A stretch of DNA of 64,000 bases. Source: the human T2T-CHM13v2.0 reference genome, Homo sapiens. The position numbers and the translations under genes are program-made. Numbering within the stretch: the stretch's first letter is position 1; each line of letters opens with the position of its first letter. Positions 30,078 through 41,548 of the stretch are shown here, in pieces. The notes below the pieces were generated by a model that saw only the letters and a list, made by a program, of their open reading frames with translations, made no database searches and had not been told where the DNA came from. The stretch lies in assembly GCF_009914755.1 (NCBI RefSeq), contig NC_060934.1, one strand, 5' to 3'.

Positions 30078-30708
30078 TGCTCCTGAATGAATGTTGAGTC
30101 ATTGAAGAAAGTAAAAAGAAACCTTAAAAATTTATTGAAATAAATGAAAATACAAACACAACATTCCAAAACCTATGGAACACTGCACAAATGGTACTCA
30201 GAGGAAAGTTTATTGCAATAAATGCCTATATCGAAAAAGTAGAAAAACCTCAAATAAACAACCTTATAATATATCGTAAAGAACTAGAAAAGCAAGAGCA
30301 AACTAAACCCAAAATTAGTAGAAGAATTAATAAAGATTGGAGCAGAAATAAATGAAATTGAGATAAAAATAGAAAAAATCAACAAAATGAATTTTTTTGA
30401 CAAGATAAGTAAAATGGACAAATCTTTAGCCAGACTAAGAAAAAAAAGAAGACCCGAATAAATAAAATCACATATAAAAAAGAGATGTTACAACTGATAC
30501 TGCTGAAATTCAAAGAATCATTAGAGACCATTATGTATAACTATATGTCAATAAACTGGAAAACCTAGAAGAAATGGACAAATTCCTAGACATATACAGC
30601 CTACAAAGATAGAGCCATGAAGAAATACAAAATCTGAATAGACCAATAGCAAGTAACCAGATTGAAGCAGTAATAAAAAGTCTCCCATCAAATAAATGGC
30701 CAGGACAT

Positions 30709-31016
30709 AGTTGGGCGTGGTGTCTCACACCCGTAATCCTAGCACTTTGTGGGGCCGAGGCGGGCAGATCACTTGAGGTCAGGAGCTCAAGACCAGCCGG
30801 ACCAACATGGTGCACCCCGTCCCCCGTCTCTACTAAAAATACAAATATTAGCCAGGTGTGGTGGCACATGCTACTAATCTCAGCTACTCGGGAGGCTGAG
30901 GCAGGAGACTCACTTGAACCTGGGAGGCAAGGGTTGCAGTAAGCTGAGATCGCACAACTGCACTCCAGCCAGGGCAACAGAGCAACACTCTGTCCAAAAT
31001 AAATAAATAAATAAAT
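30709..31016 (+). mobile_element. Alu (AluS-type) nested in L1, (AAAT)n tail
   Basis: Alu body plus aaataaataaataaataaat. Confidence 0.94.
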
Positions 31017-32057
31017 ATGGACAAGACCTGATGGCTTCACTGCTAAACTCTACCAAACACTTAAAGAAGAATTAATAGCAATCCTACTCAAGCTATTTCA
31101 AAAAATCAAGAAGGAAGGAATACTTCCAAACTTATTCTATGAGACCAGTGTTATCCTGATACCACAAGCAGACAAAGACACAACAAAGAAAGAAAGCTAT
31201 AGGCCAATATATCTAATACACATAGATGCAAAATTCCTCAATATAATGCTAGCAAATCAAATTCAACAACACACTAAAAAGATTATTCATCATGATCAAG
31301 TGAAATTCATCCCAGGGATGTAAGGATGGTTCAACATATGCAAATCAATAAATGTGACACATCATCTGAACAGAATGAAGGAAAAAAACAATATGATCAT
31401 TTCAATAGATGCCAAAGCAGCATTCAATAAAATTCAACATCCTTCATGATAAAAATTCCCAAAAACCTGGGTATGGAAGGAACATATCTCAACACAATAA
31501 AAGCAATATACAACAGACTGGCAGCTAGTATCATACTGAATGAGGAAAAAGTGAAAGCCTTTTTTCTAAGATCTGGAAGAAGACTAGCATGCCCACTTTT
31601 ACCACTTTTATTCAACATAATACTAGAAATTCTAGTCAGAGCAATTGGACATGAGAAAGAAATAAAGGACATTCAAATTGTAATGGAAGAAGTCAAATTA
31701 TCCTTGGTTGCAGATGATATCTTATATTTAGGAGACACTAAAGATCCCACAAAAAACTATCAGAACTGATAAATAGTAAAGTTTCAGGATATGAAATCAG
31801 TATACTAAAATAAGTAGCATTGCTATATGCCAACAATGAACAATATGAAAAAGAAATCAAGAAAGTAATCCAATTTATCATAGCTACAAATAAAACAAAA
31901 TGCCTAGGAATAAACTTAACCAAAGAAGTGAAAGTTACCTACAATGAAAGCTATAAGACATTAAGGACACAAAAAATGGAAAGATACTCCATGTTCATAG
32001 ATGGGAAGATCGATATTGTTACAATGCCCATACCACCCAATGCAATCTACAGATTCA

Positions 32058-32166
32058 ACTGACTCAAGTGTTAATCTCCTTTGGCAACACCCTTACAGAC
32101 ACACCCAGGATCAACACTTTGCATCCTTCAATCCAGTCAAGTTGACACTCAGTATTAACCATAACA
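32058..32166 (-). mobile_element. MLT2A (ERVL LTR) terminal fragment nested in L1
   Basis: actgactcaagtgttaatctcctttggcaacacccttacagacacacccaggatcaacactttgcatccttcaatccagtcaagttgacactcagtattaaccataaca matches the MLT2A1/A2 terminus. Confidence 0.82.
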
Positions 32167-33595
32167 GCTAACCTGAGCAAAAAGAATAGAGCTGGAGGCA
32201 TCACATTATCTGACTTCAAATCATACTACAAAGCTATAGTAACCAAAAAAGCATGGGACAGTCATAAAAACAGACACACTGACCAATGGAAGAGAATAGA
32301 GAACCCAGAAAAAAATTCCCACATTTACAGCCAACTTATTTTTGACAAAGGTGCTGAGAACATACACTGGGGAAAAGGCAGTCTCTTCAATAAATGATGC
32401 TGGGAAAACTGGCTATCCATAAGCAGAAGAATGAAACTAGACACCTGTCTCATGCTGTATACAAAAATTAAATCAAAATAGATTAAATACTTATATCTAA
32501 GACCTCAAACGATGAAACGATTATAAGAAAATATTGAGGAAACACTCTAGGACATTGGGCTGGACAAAGATTTCCTGAGATCTCACAGCAAAAATGGACA
32601 AATGGGATTACATCAAGCACAGCAAAGGAAACGGTCAATAAAGTAAAGAGACAATCCACGGAATGGGAGAAAATATTTGCAAATTACCCATCTGACAAGG
32701 GATTAATAACCAGAATATATGAGCAGCTCAAACAACTCAACAGAAAAAAAATCCAATTTAAAAATGGCAAAGGAACTGCATAGATATTTCTCAGAAAAGG
32801 ATGTACAAATAGCCAACACATATGAAAAAATGCTCAACATCATTCGTCATCAGAGAAATGCAAGTGAAAACTACAATAAGATATAATCTCACCGCAGTTA
32901 AAATGGCTTTTATGAAAAAGGCAATAATGATTGCTGGTGAGGATGTACAGAAAGGGGAACCCTTGCAAGCTGTTGCTGAGAATGCAAATTAGCACGGCCA
33001 TTTTGGAAAACTATATGGATGTTCCTCAAAAACTAAAAATCAAACTATCTTATGAGCCAGTAATCCCACTGATGGGTATATATCCAAAACAAAAAAAAAA
33101 AGAAAATCAGTATATCAAAGCGATATCTGCATTCCCATGTTTACTGCAGCACTACTTACAATAACCAAGATATGGAATAAACCTGTGTCCATCAGCAGAT
33201 GAATGGATAAGAAATCCTGTTGTTTGAAACAACATGGATGGAACTGGAGGATATTATGTTAAATAAAATAAACCAGGCACTAAAAGACAAATATTTCATG
33301 TTCTCACTCATATACAGGAGCTCCAAAAAATTTGAGCTCATGGAAGTAGAGAATATAATAGAATGGTGGTTAGCAGAGGCTGGAAAGGGTAGTGGAAAGG
33401 GGAGTAGAAAGGGGATGGTTAGTGGGTAAAAAATACAGTTACATAGAAGGAGTAAGATCTAGTGTTTGGTAGCACAATGGGGCAACTATAGTAAATTAAC
33501 AATAATTTATTGTATAGTTAAAAATAACTAAGAGTGAAATTGGAATGTTTCTAACACAAAAAAATGATAAATGCTTGAGGTTATGGAAACCCCAA

Positions 33596-33968
33596 TGTAG
33601 TAGTCTGTTCTCACATTGCTATAAAGAATTGAGAATGGGTAATTTATAAAGAAAAGAGGTGTAGCTGACTCACAGTTCTACAGGCAGTACAGGAAGCATG
33701 GCTTGGGAGGCCTCAGGAATCTTAAAATCATGGTGGAGGGTGAAGGGGAAGCAAGCATGTCTTCACATGGCAGCAGGAGAGAGATACCAAAGGGGTAAGT
33801 GCTATACACTTTTAAACAATCAGATCTCCTGAGAACTCCAATATGAGAATAGCAAGGGGGAAGTTTGCCCCCATGATTCAATCACCTCCCACCAGGCCCC
33901 TCCTTCAACATGTGGGGATTATAATTGGATATGAGATTTGGGTGGGGACACAGAACTAAACCATATCA
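33596..33968 (-). mobile_element. MSTA-type MaLR LTR nested in the L1 3'UTR
   Basis: tgtagtagtctgttctcacattgctataaag...gagatttgggtggggacacag...ccatatca; TSD CCCAA at 33591-95 and 33969-73. Confidence 0.92.
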
Positions 33969-35919
33969 CCCAATTACCATGATTTGATTATTACACATTT
34001 TATGTTTGTAGCAAAATATCACATGTACCCCATAAATATGTACAACTAACATGCATCCATAATAATTGAAAATGAAAAATTAAAAAAACAGATTCTTGAA
34101 AGAAAAAGGACATAATAATACATTTCTGACTTGGGCCAAATTGATATTTATACGAAAGCAACATAAAGTTGTTCTTAGATATCAAAGACTCAGGTCAAAA
34201 ACCCAAGTTCCCTTAAGGAAACTGCTCAAAGATACTAGCGAAAACACCTAGAGATAATTGAAAATTAAATACTAAAAACAAACAAACAAAAGGTACCCAG
34301 GCTTTAAAGAACTATGGAAACCAAAGCCAAAAAAATGTAAGATCATCCTACATAGTTATTTTGAATTTAGTTACAAAATGGTATAGAAAAATTATCTGCC
34401 AGAGATAATCTAGAAGGTTACAAAAGGCCAATTCATAATAGAAGTAACATGAACCTTCATAGACCAAAAAGCATATAATAAAATGAAGAAAACTTTTTAA
34501 GTATAAGGAGAAATTCACAACAATAACAAATATATGGAACAAAAAATCAGAATAAACCAATGTCAGATTAAGAAAGTGAAATAAACAACACATGGAGGAT
34601 CTGAATAACAAATACTAAGGCTAAATTAATAAATATCCCACATTTTTTAAACCTACAAAAAGACAGCTTTCTTTCAAGTGTTCTTGGCACATTTAAAAAG
34701 CTGACCACATACTGGGCCATAAGGCCCCAAATCCCCCAAAGTGTAAATTGTTGTCAACCAAATTCTCTGGCTGCAAAGAAGTAAATGAAACAATTGAAAG
34801 GAAAAGCTCTATAATATGAACAAAAAAATCTCAACCCTTGGAAATTAAGAAAATACTTTCTAATATATCCATCTAAGGTAACAATTTTATAAATGGGAAA
34901 TGTTTTAAAAGCAAATATATTTACCACATCTTTAAGAAAAAAAATGAAAACAACCTATGACAAGTGAGGGAATGATTAAGATACTTGCTAAGTGATTTTA
35001 GGCAAATTAATCTGTCGGAGCCTCTATATTCTTATCTGTGAACTGGGGATAATTATCTCCTTCCACGGATTGTTGTGAAGATTATATTAGATAATGCTTG
35101 TGAAATATTTCAATCTCTGTGCTTGGTATCAAGAGAACATCAGTAAGTCTTATCTATTAATATTGTCATAGAAGTTATGCTTATGATGAGTTTGCAATAA
35201 TCCAGAGAAATGCTGCTATTATTGAGGGGAAAGTGTGGAATAGTAATGTGAAATACATTCGACTGAAACAACAGTAAATAAGTATGTGCAACCCAAATAA
35301 AATTGGGCCTCATGCATTCACATGAAGCACTGTCTTAGCAGAGTGACATAGCAGAAAGAAACACAAACTGATTCTTGGAAAGCTGTGAACCATGTAGCTG
35401 CTTATGAATAGAGAGGCATGGCTTACCTCACCTATTATGCACCTTACAGTGAACCTCCTAAAAAAGTCTCTTTGAAATGTTTCCCTCTGGAGTCTCACCT
35501 TTCATGGCAACTGCTCAAATCTGTCTTTCTGCCTCTCAGGACCTGGGATCTCTTCCCTTCAGGTTCTTCTTCATCCCTTCTTACAGGGCTAGCCATCATT
35601 CTCTGCTTGTCTTATTGGCATTCCCATCCATTATTCCCTCCGACAAATAAACGAATCTTTCTTGGGACCTGCCCTTTTTTAAGGGGGTTGGGTTGATTTT
35701 AATATGTGACTATTTAACATTTAATAACTGTATCTCTGTCATGTAACAGGAAGCAATATTGAAGTCTTCCCTCTGCAACAACAATACATGAAAAACAAAA
35801 CAAACTGAAAGGAAATACACTAGAAAGCAACAGTAATTGTTGCTGGACAATGAGGCTATAACTTGTTCCTGCCATTTTCTACTTTTCTTTTGATTCCAAA
35901 TTTTCTACAATGCACGTCT

Positions 35920-36305
35920 TATTTTTTTAAAAAAATGTGAGATAAAATCCACGTGCTACACATCTCATTCTTTTAAAGTATACAATTCAGTGGTGTTTAT
36001 GATATTAACAGGGTTGTGCAACCATTCCTGCGATCTAATTCCAGAATATTTCCATTATCCCCCAAAGAAACCTTGTGCCCACTAGCAGTCATTCTTTATT
36101 CTCGTTCTCCCCAGCTCTGGCAACCACGAATCTACTTTCTGTCTCTACAGATTTTCCTATTCTGGACACTTCATATAAATGGAATCATGCAATATGTGGC
36201 CTATTGTGTCTGTCTTCTTTCACTTAGCATAGTATTTTCAATTTTCATCCATATTGTAGCACCTTTCACTACTCCATTACTTTTTATGGCTGAAAAATAT
36301 TCTTA
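35920..36305 (-). mobile_element. L1MB-type 3' fragment
   Basis: tttaaagtatacaattcagtgg...ctactttctgtctctacagattt...ttcatataaatggaatcatgcaatatgtggcc. Confidence 0.75.
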
Positions 36306-37431
36306 GACATATTACTTCTATAATGAGAAAGACGTTTTAGCTTTTTAAAAAACTAATGGGTATATTAAGTATAACCCTTGATTTTCACTTCTAAGAGTAC
36401 ACTTATACAACCCAATAATAATACATGATTTTTGATAACACATAAATTGTTTTTTCAAAACTATATGTATATATAAAGCATAGAGAGCCTGCTAAACCTG
36501 TTTCTTTCTCTGACTCAAGCTCTCACATAAAAAAAACCCCACAGGAATCAAAATGATGTTTTTCTGAGTATCAGACACAGAAATTGAACCATATAAAAAG
36601 ACAGCTGTGGATATTCAGGACAAACACATACAATTCTACCTCAAACAGAAGATGAAAAATTCTTGGCTTTGAAATCTTGAGCATTCAAAAGGAATACTTA
36701 TGGTAACTGAAATGAGCAATTTTAAAAAACTGGAAACAGGGCACATGAAATATTCTGTGGCAATCAATTGTAGTTAAAGATATTCTAAGCTTAGATCAAT
36801 ATAGCATAATTCAGTTTTACATTCATTAAGAAGAAAGTAGTTCCAGATTTGTTGGTATGCATGCCATGTATGTATTTGTGTACCTGGAAATCACAAACAC
36901 ATAAATATTGATGTACACTCAGTGCCCAAATTTAACATTGTAATCTTTACTTAGGCAGACGTCTACACATTTTCAGTGACAAGGGAGACACCTTGATGTA
37001 AGCTAACAGTAGCTAGCTCATATAAAGTAATGGTTCAGGCAAACATAGAATTCTGTAAATGAAGGACTTACCCTGGACATAAAATGTGAGGTGTTTCAAA
37101 CACACTGAGGGTGGAGTGGGGTGGTGACCAGAAGTAGGGCACTGGTGGTGTACTGGTTCTTGATCTAGGTGCCAGTTACATAGATATGTTCAGTTTGCAA
37201 AAAGTCATCAAGCTGTACATTTGCGATCTGCATACATTTCTCTATGTGTTATACTTCAATACTTTCTTAAAGTAAAAAAAAAAAAAAAAAAAGACAGAAA
37301 CAAGAAACCCTACACATGGATTTTGGAGGCCCTATCGTCCTCATGGGGGTGGGGCACATCTAAGGGCTGGATCGGGAAGCTTTGTCAAGAATTAATAATC
37401 AAAATATTGGTCAAGTCTTTAGAGATGGCAA

Positions 37432-37548
37432 AGATGTTCATGATACATCTTTAAATTAAAAAAGATTTAAAAATTTACAGAATAACACCACTCCTTAAAA
37501 ATTATGTGCCTAAATACACACAAAAAGATTGAGATAGAGATATACTAA
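37432..37548 (+). repeat. 117-bp direct repeat, copy A
   Basis: About 94% identical by eye to 38609..38725. Confidence 0.9.
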
Positions 37549-38199
37549 GCACTCATTTGAGAAAGCTAATATCAAGGCTGTAGACTATGGGTGTTTAAAA
37601 ACCCATATTCATGAAGAAAAGTCTCCACTACCTTCTGTAGTAAGTTACTCACTGAAAGCATTCTCTAAAGATGTTACCGAGTTAGCTTCTGAAGCAGCAG
37701 CGTGACCACCTGCTGTGGTCTTCTGATACAATGACAATCAAGCAATTGTATGTAAACATTTATGAGACTATCATATGCTCGTTAGGACTAGGCTATGCTT
37801 TGATTCAGGCAAACAAGAAACTTTTTTCAGGTTTTCACAGCAACGTTAGACCATAAATGCAAAAGTGCTGGTGGAAAATTAACCAGACTTCTTAAGATCT
37901 CTTACTTTATTTGAAGTTATTGGCTAATAACAATGAATAGCTTCTAGCTAGTATTTTTCAGGGCATGTTCCTATACCTTCCAACTTTAGGTAGAAATTAT
38001 TACATGAAAGATTGTACAATTTTAAAAAGCAGGATGAAGCACTGTTTGTGGAAGTGGAAAATGATACCAGTCTGGAGTGCGACTAGAAATTTTAAGGCAA
38101 AAGACTTTAAAATGTCATAACTTTCATCCAATTTTAAGGTTTTATTCCTGGAAAAATAATAAATGTATAGAAAAAGATTTCATTTAAAGAATGTTCATT

Positions 38200-38473
38200 G
38201 GCTGGGTGCGGTGGCTCACGCCTGTAATCCCAGCACTTTGGGAGGCTGAGGCAGGCAGATCACAAGGTCAGGAGTTCGAGACCAGCCTGGCCAACATAGT
38301 GAAACTTAGTCTCTACTAAAAATATAAAAATTAGCTGGGTGTGGTGGCACGTGCCTGTAGTCCAAGCTAGTCGGGAGGCTGAGGCAGGAGGCGGAGGTTG
38401 CAGTGAGCCGAGACCACGCCATTGCACTCCAGCCTAGGTGAGAGTGAGAATCCGTCAAAAAAGAAAAAAAAAA
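38200..38473 (+). mobile_element. Alu (AluSg/Sc-like) with internal deletion in the right arm
   Basis: gaggcaggag|gcggaggttg lacks the aatcgcttgaaccc segment; TSD gaatgttcat. Confidence 0.94.
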
Positions 38474-38608
38474 GGAATGTTCATCATCATATCACTATTT
38501 GTGGAAACAAAAATAACTTTAGAAGTCCAAACACAGGAGATGGATTAAAAAAAAACTAATATATGTCCATCAAAAATGTGTTATAGGAGTACACTCATTG
38601 TTATATTG

Positions 38609-38725
38609 AGATGTTCATGAACAATCTTTAAATTAAAAGAGATTTAAAAATTTACAGAATAACACCACTCCTTAAAACTTATGTGCCTAAATACACACAA
38701 AGAGATTGAGATATAGATATACTAA
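38609..38725 (+). repeat. 117-bp direct repeat, copy B
   Basis: See 37432..37548. Confidence 0.9.
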
Positions 38726-39789
38726 AATATTAATGCCAACAACTTTTTATAGGATAGGATTATAATTCATTTTAATTTTTTTCATTTTTCTCATCTATAT
38801 ATTCCATCTCTTCTATAGTGAACATGTGTTCTTTGTGACATAAAGAAATTTTACAAAAAAGAGGGCAAGGAGGTAGGAAAACAAGGAAATAAAATATCTT
38901 TGTGTGTGAGAAAACATTCTTCCTTCATTATGTGAAATTAACATCTACTCTTGACCTTCTCTCTGTGTACCTTAAGAACTTTATGTGAACTGCCTTTCAT
39001 ATGGTAGGGAACAGGCTTGCTGCTCCTGAAACCTTCTTTTCAGTCCTGAGCAGACGTCCCACTCATCAATATATCATCTTGGAGTTCCTGGTTATTCAGC
39101 TCCCTTTACTTATATCAAAGGAACTAATACCTCAATAGGCCCAACCACAAAACCTACATAGCCCCTCAGCATAGAACAATGCAACAAGGATACACCTGTT
39201 GAATGCTAGGTACAGGAACAAGACCATGGGAAAACATTCTCTAATCTTTCCAGATCAAGACATGAGACTTTGAGAGATTTCAGTAGTCATGTCAGAAGAG
39301 AGTCCCTGGTCTACTTCAAATAAATAGAGTTTAAAGAATATTAGAATCTGATATAACGGTTCATTGTTGACTTTTGTTTGATATACACAAAGGGAAACAA
39401 GTTCCTTTACTTGAAGCCTCTTTCCAGGAGCCTTAATGATCAGCTGCCAAATTTAGCCTTTGGCTCCATGTCCACTGTGTCTATTATTCTCCCATGCTTA
39501 CTGAAGTGAGGCCAAATCTCATCCCTATTTAGAGAGAACAAATGCAGATATCTTGATGAAACGGAGAGCTGGTGAACGTGTATTGTAAAGAGCCAGGAGA
39601 ACATACTTTAATGAATGGAAGCACATGGGCTTCATTGCTTATGTTTTAAAAGTACATTCACATGAAAGGATCAACAGCCGTGGGCATGTTATATGAGACA
39701 TAGAGAGGAGGGGAAGATATAGAGAAGGCAGTCGAGATTGGCTGCTCATTAGACTCACTGGGGGATTTGTTTTGTTTTGCATACTGCTA

Positions 39790-40225
39790 TCTGTACAAGA
39801 ATGTTCTTGGCAGCACTATCCAAAACAGCCAACAACTGGAAACAACCCATCAACAGTAAAATGGATTAAAAATAATAAATTGAGGACTATTTATACAATG
39901 GAATATTATACACTACTAAAAATGAATGAACTACTGCTGCATACATTATGGATGAATCTCACAAACATAATATTGAAGCCAGGCACAAAAGAATACATAG
40001 GATATGATTTCATTTATATAAAGTCCAAAAGCAGGCAAAACTAATTTATGGTATTAGAAGTCAAGATAAGGGTTACATTGATTGGGTAGTGGCTGGATAG
40101 GGGCATGAGAAGGGCTTCTGGGTGCTGGTAATGTTCTGTTTCTGTATTTAGGTGCTGGTTATGTGAGTGTGTTCAATTTAGGAAAACTTTTTGTTATATA
40201 CTGATAATTTTTTTTTAAATATAAG
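39790..40225 (+). mobile_element. L1ME-type 3' fragment
   Basis: atacaatggaatattatacac...tggatgaatctcacaaacataatattg...ggcaaaactaatttatggtattagaagtcaagata. Confidence 0.75.
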
Positions 40226-40364
40226 ATATACTTCAATAAAAACGTTTTTAGTTCAGATTCCTGGGCCCTAATGTGGATCTACTAAAACTGTGGGCTCTAA
40301 GTTCTTTGAGGTATTTCAGTGTAAAGCAAGGTTGGGAATCACTACACCAGATGATCTATATGAT

Positions 40365-41245
40365 CTGTGCAGAAGCCAGCCCCTACTAGCCCACAAGAAC
40401 TAGTTGTTAAATTTTTAGGAATTTTGCAGGCCCATTAGTGCCAGTATTAAAAATTAAATTACATAAATTTACAATTAAATAAATTATACCAAAAACAAAG
40501 ATAATAAGTACTCAAAATGCATCATTTTCTGGTTATTTCTATTTACTATTAACTATATTTTGAGGCTATTCATGCCAATTTTATCTATATGGTGAAAGTA
40601 CAATATAATGGTGTGACACTGCATCATCTCTTTCCAACTCTGTGCTCAGCCACATCAGTAGCTTGAAATTGGCCATGGTGGGAATATTTACACCACAGAA
40701 ATCAGCAGCCACTACCAATCAGTGCTTGCTTTATTGTTCTAGATCTAAGAAAATAATTTAACAGTGTTAATAATGGAGATTAAACTTTAAAGTGTGCTAT
40801 ATGTGTAGGTGTTACACTATGAATAGTACATTTGAAAAATATTCTTTCAGTATTAAAATTTATCATCTGGTTCAGCAAGGAAGTGATTCCCATCATGGAT
40901 GAATGAGTAGAGTTCTGACGTACGTCTTTGATGTTTCACTTTTGTCTTACTGATTAACATAAAGGAAAATACCTGCCAGCATTTATATGGGAGCTGCACC
41001 CCTTAATCAACTGCAACATAGGTTGGCCTATGGATAGAAGAGTTCTGCAAAAAACAACAAAGGCATTCTGTGAGACCCAACTGGCTATATTGAATTTATA
41101 ATATCAAGTATTATAGAGTTTATTATTATTTGTAAAGTGTGTACCACACATTCTTTATGTGATTAAAATTTATGTCAATTTGCGTATGCACATACATGCA
41201 TTTTACTTTTTTCCAGGAGAGCTGGTTGATTTACCAGGTCATCAC
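40365..41245 (+). mobile_element. MER63-type hAT DNA transposon
   Basis: gaagccagc...tagttgttaaatttttaggaattttg start; gaaattggccatggtgggaatatttacaccacagaaat internal; ggagagctggttg end. Confidence 0.65.
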
Positions 41246-41384
41246 CGCCTACATCCCTCCTATATTTAAGATTCCATGACTCTATTATGATTTAAGAAAC
41301 AAGCAAATAAAATAAGGCGGTCTGGTTATGGCCTATTAAGCATGAATTTCAGCGTAAGATATAGTAACCACTATTCTTTAGAAC

Positions 41385-41548
41385 CTCATGACTCAAAGTG
41401 TGGTCCACAGAACAGCAGCACTGGCATCAATGGGGAACTTGTTAGAAATGCATAATCTCAGGCCCCATCCCAGAATTACTGAATCATAATCTGCACTTTA
41501 ACAAGATGCCCATTTTTGTTGTATGCACATGAAAGCTTGAGCACAGCT
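41385..41548 (+). mobile_element. MER5A
   Basis: ctcaaagtgtggtcc...cagcagcactggcatc...gaacttgttagaaatgcataatctcaggccccatcccaga...tgaatc...tgcactttaacaagat. Confidence 0.8.

Larger units (their letters stand above)
29040..34090 (+). mobile_element. 5'-truncated L1 (L1MA-type) ORF2 + 3'UTR, interrupted by four nested insertions
   Basis: ORF2 remnants TIDQMDLTDIYRTFHPTVAEYIFFS (endonuclease) and KAFFLRSGRRLACPLLPLLFNIILEILVRAI...KLSLVADD (RT). L1MA 3' end cacatgtaccccataaatatgtacaac plus an A-rich tail. Confidence 0.93.

Noticed and set aside
30531-31040. 169-aa ORF and similar ORFs at 9889, 9942, 16955, 25322 and 50675
   Set aside because: Translations of Alu or antisense L1 sequence.
29336-32062. 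Endonuclease- and reverse-transcriptase-like peptides
   Set aside because: Fragments of a dead L1 ORF2 with stops, frameshifts and nested insertions, not a novel RT system.
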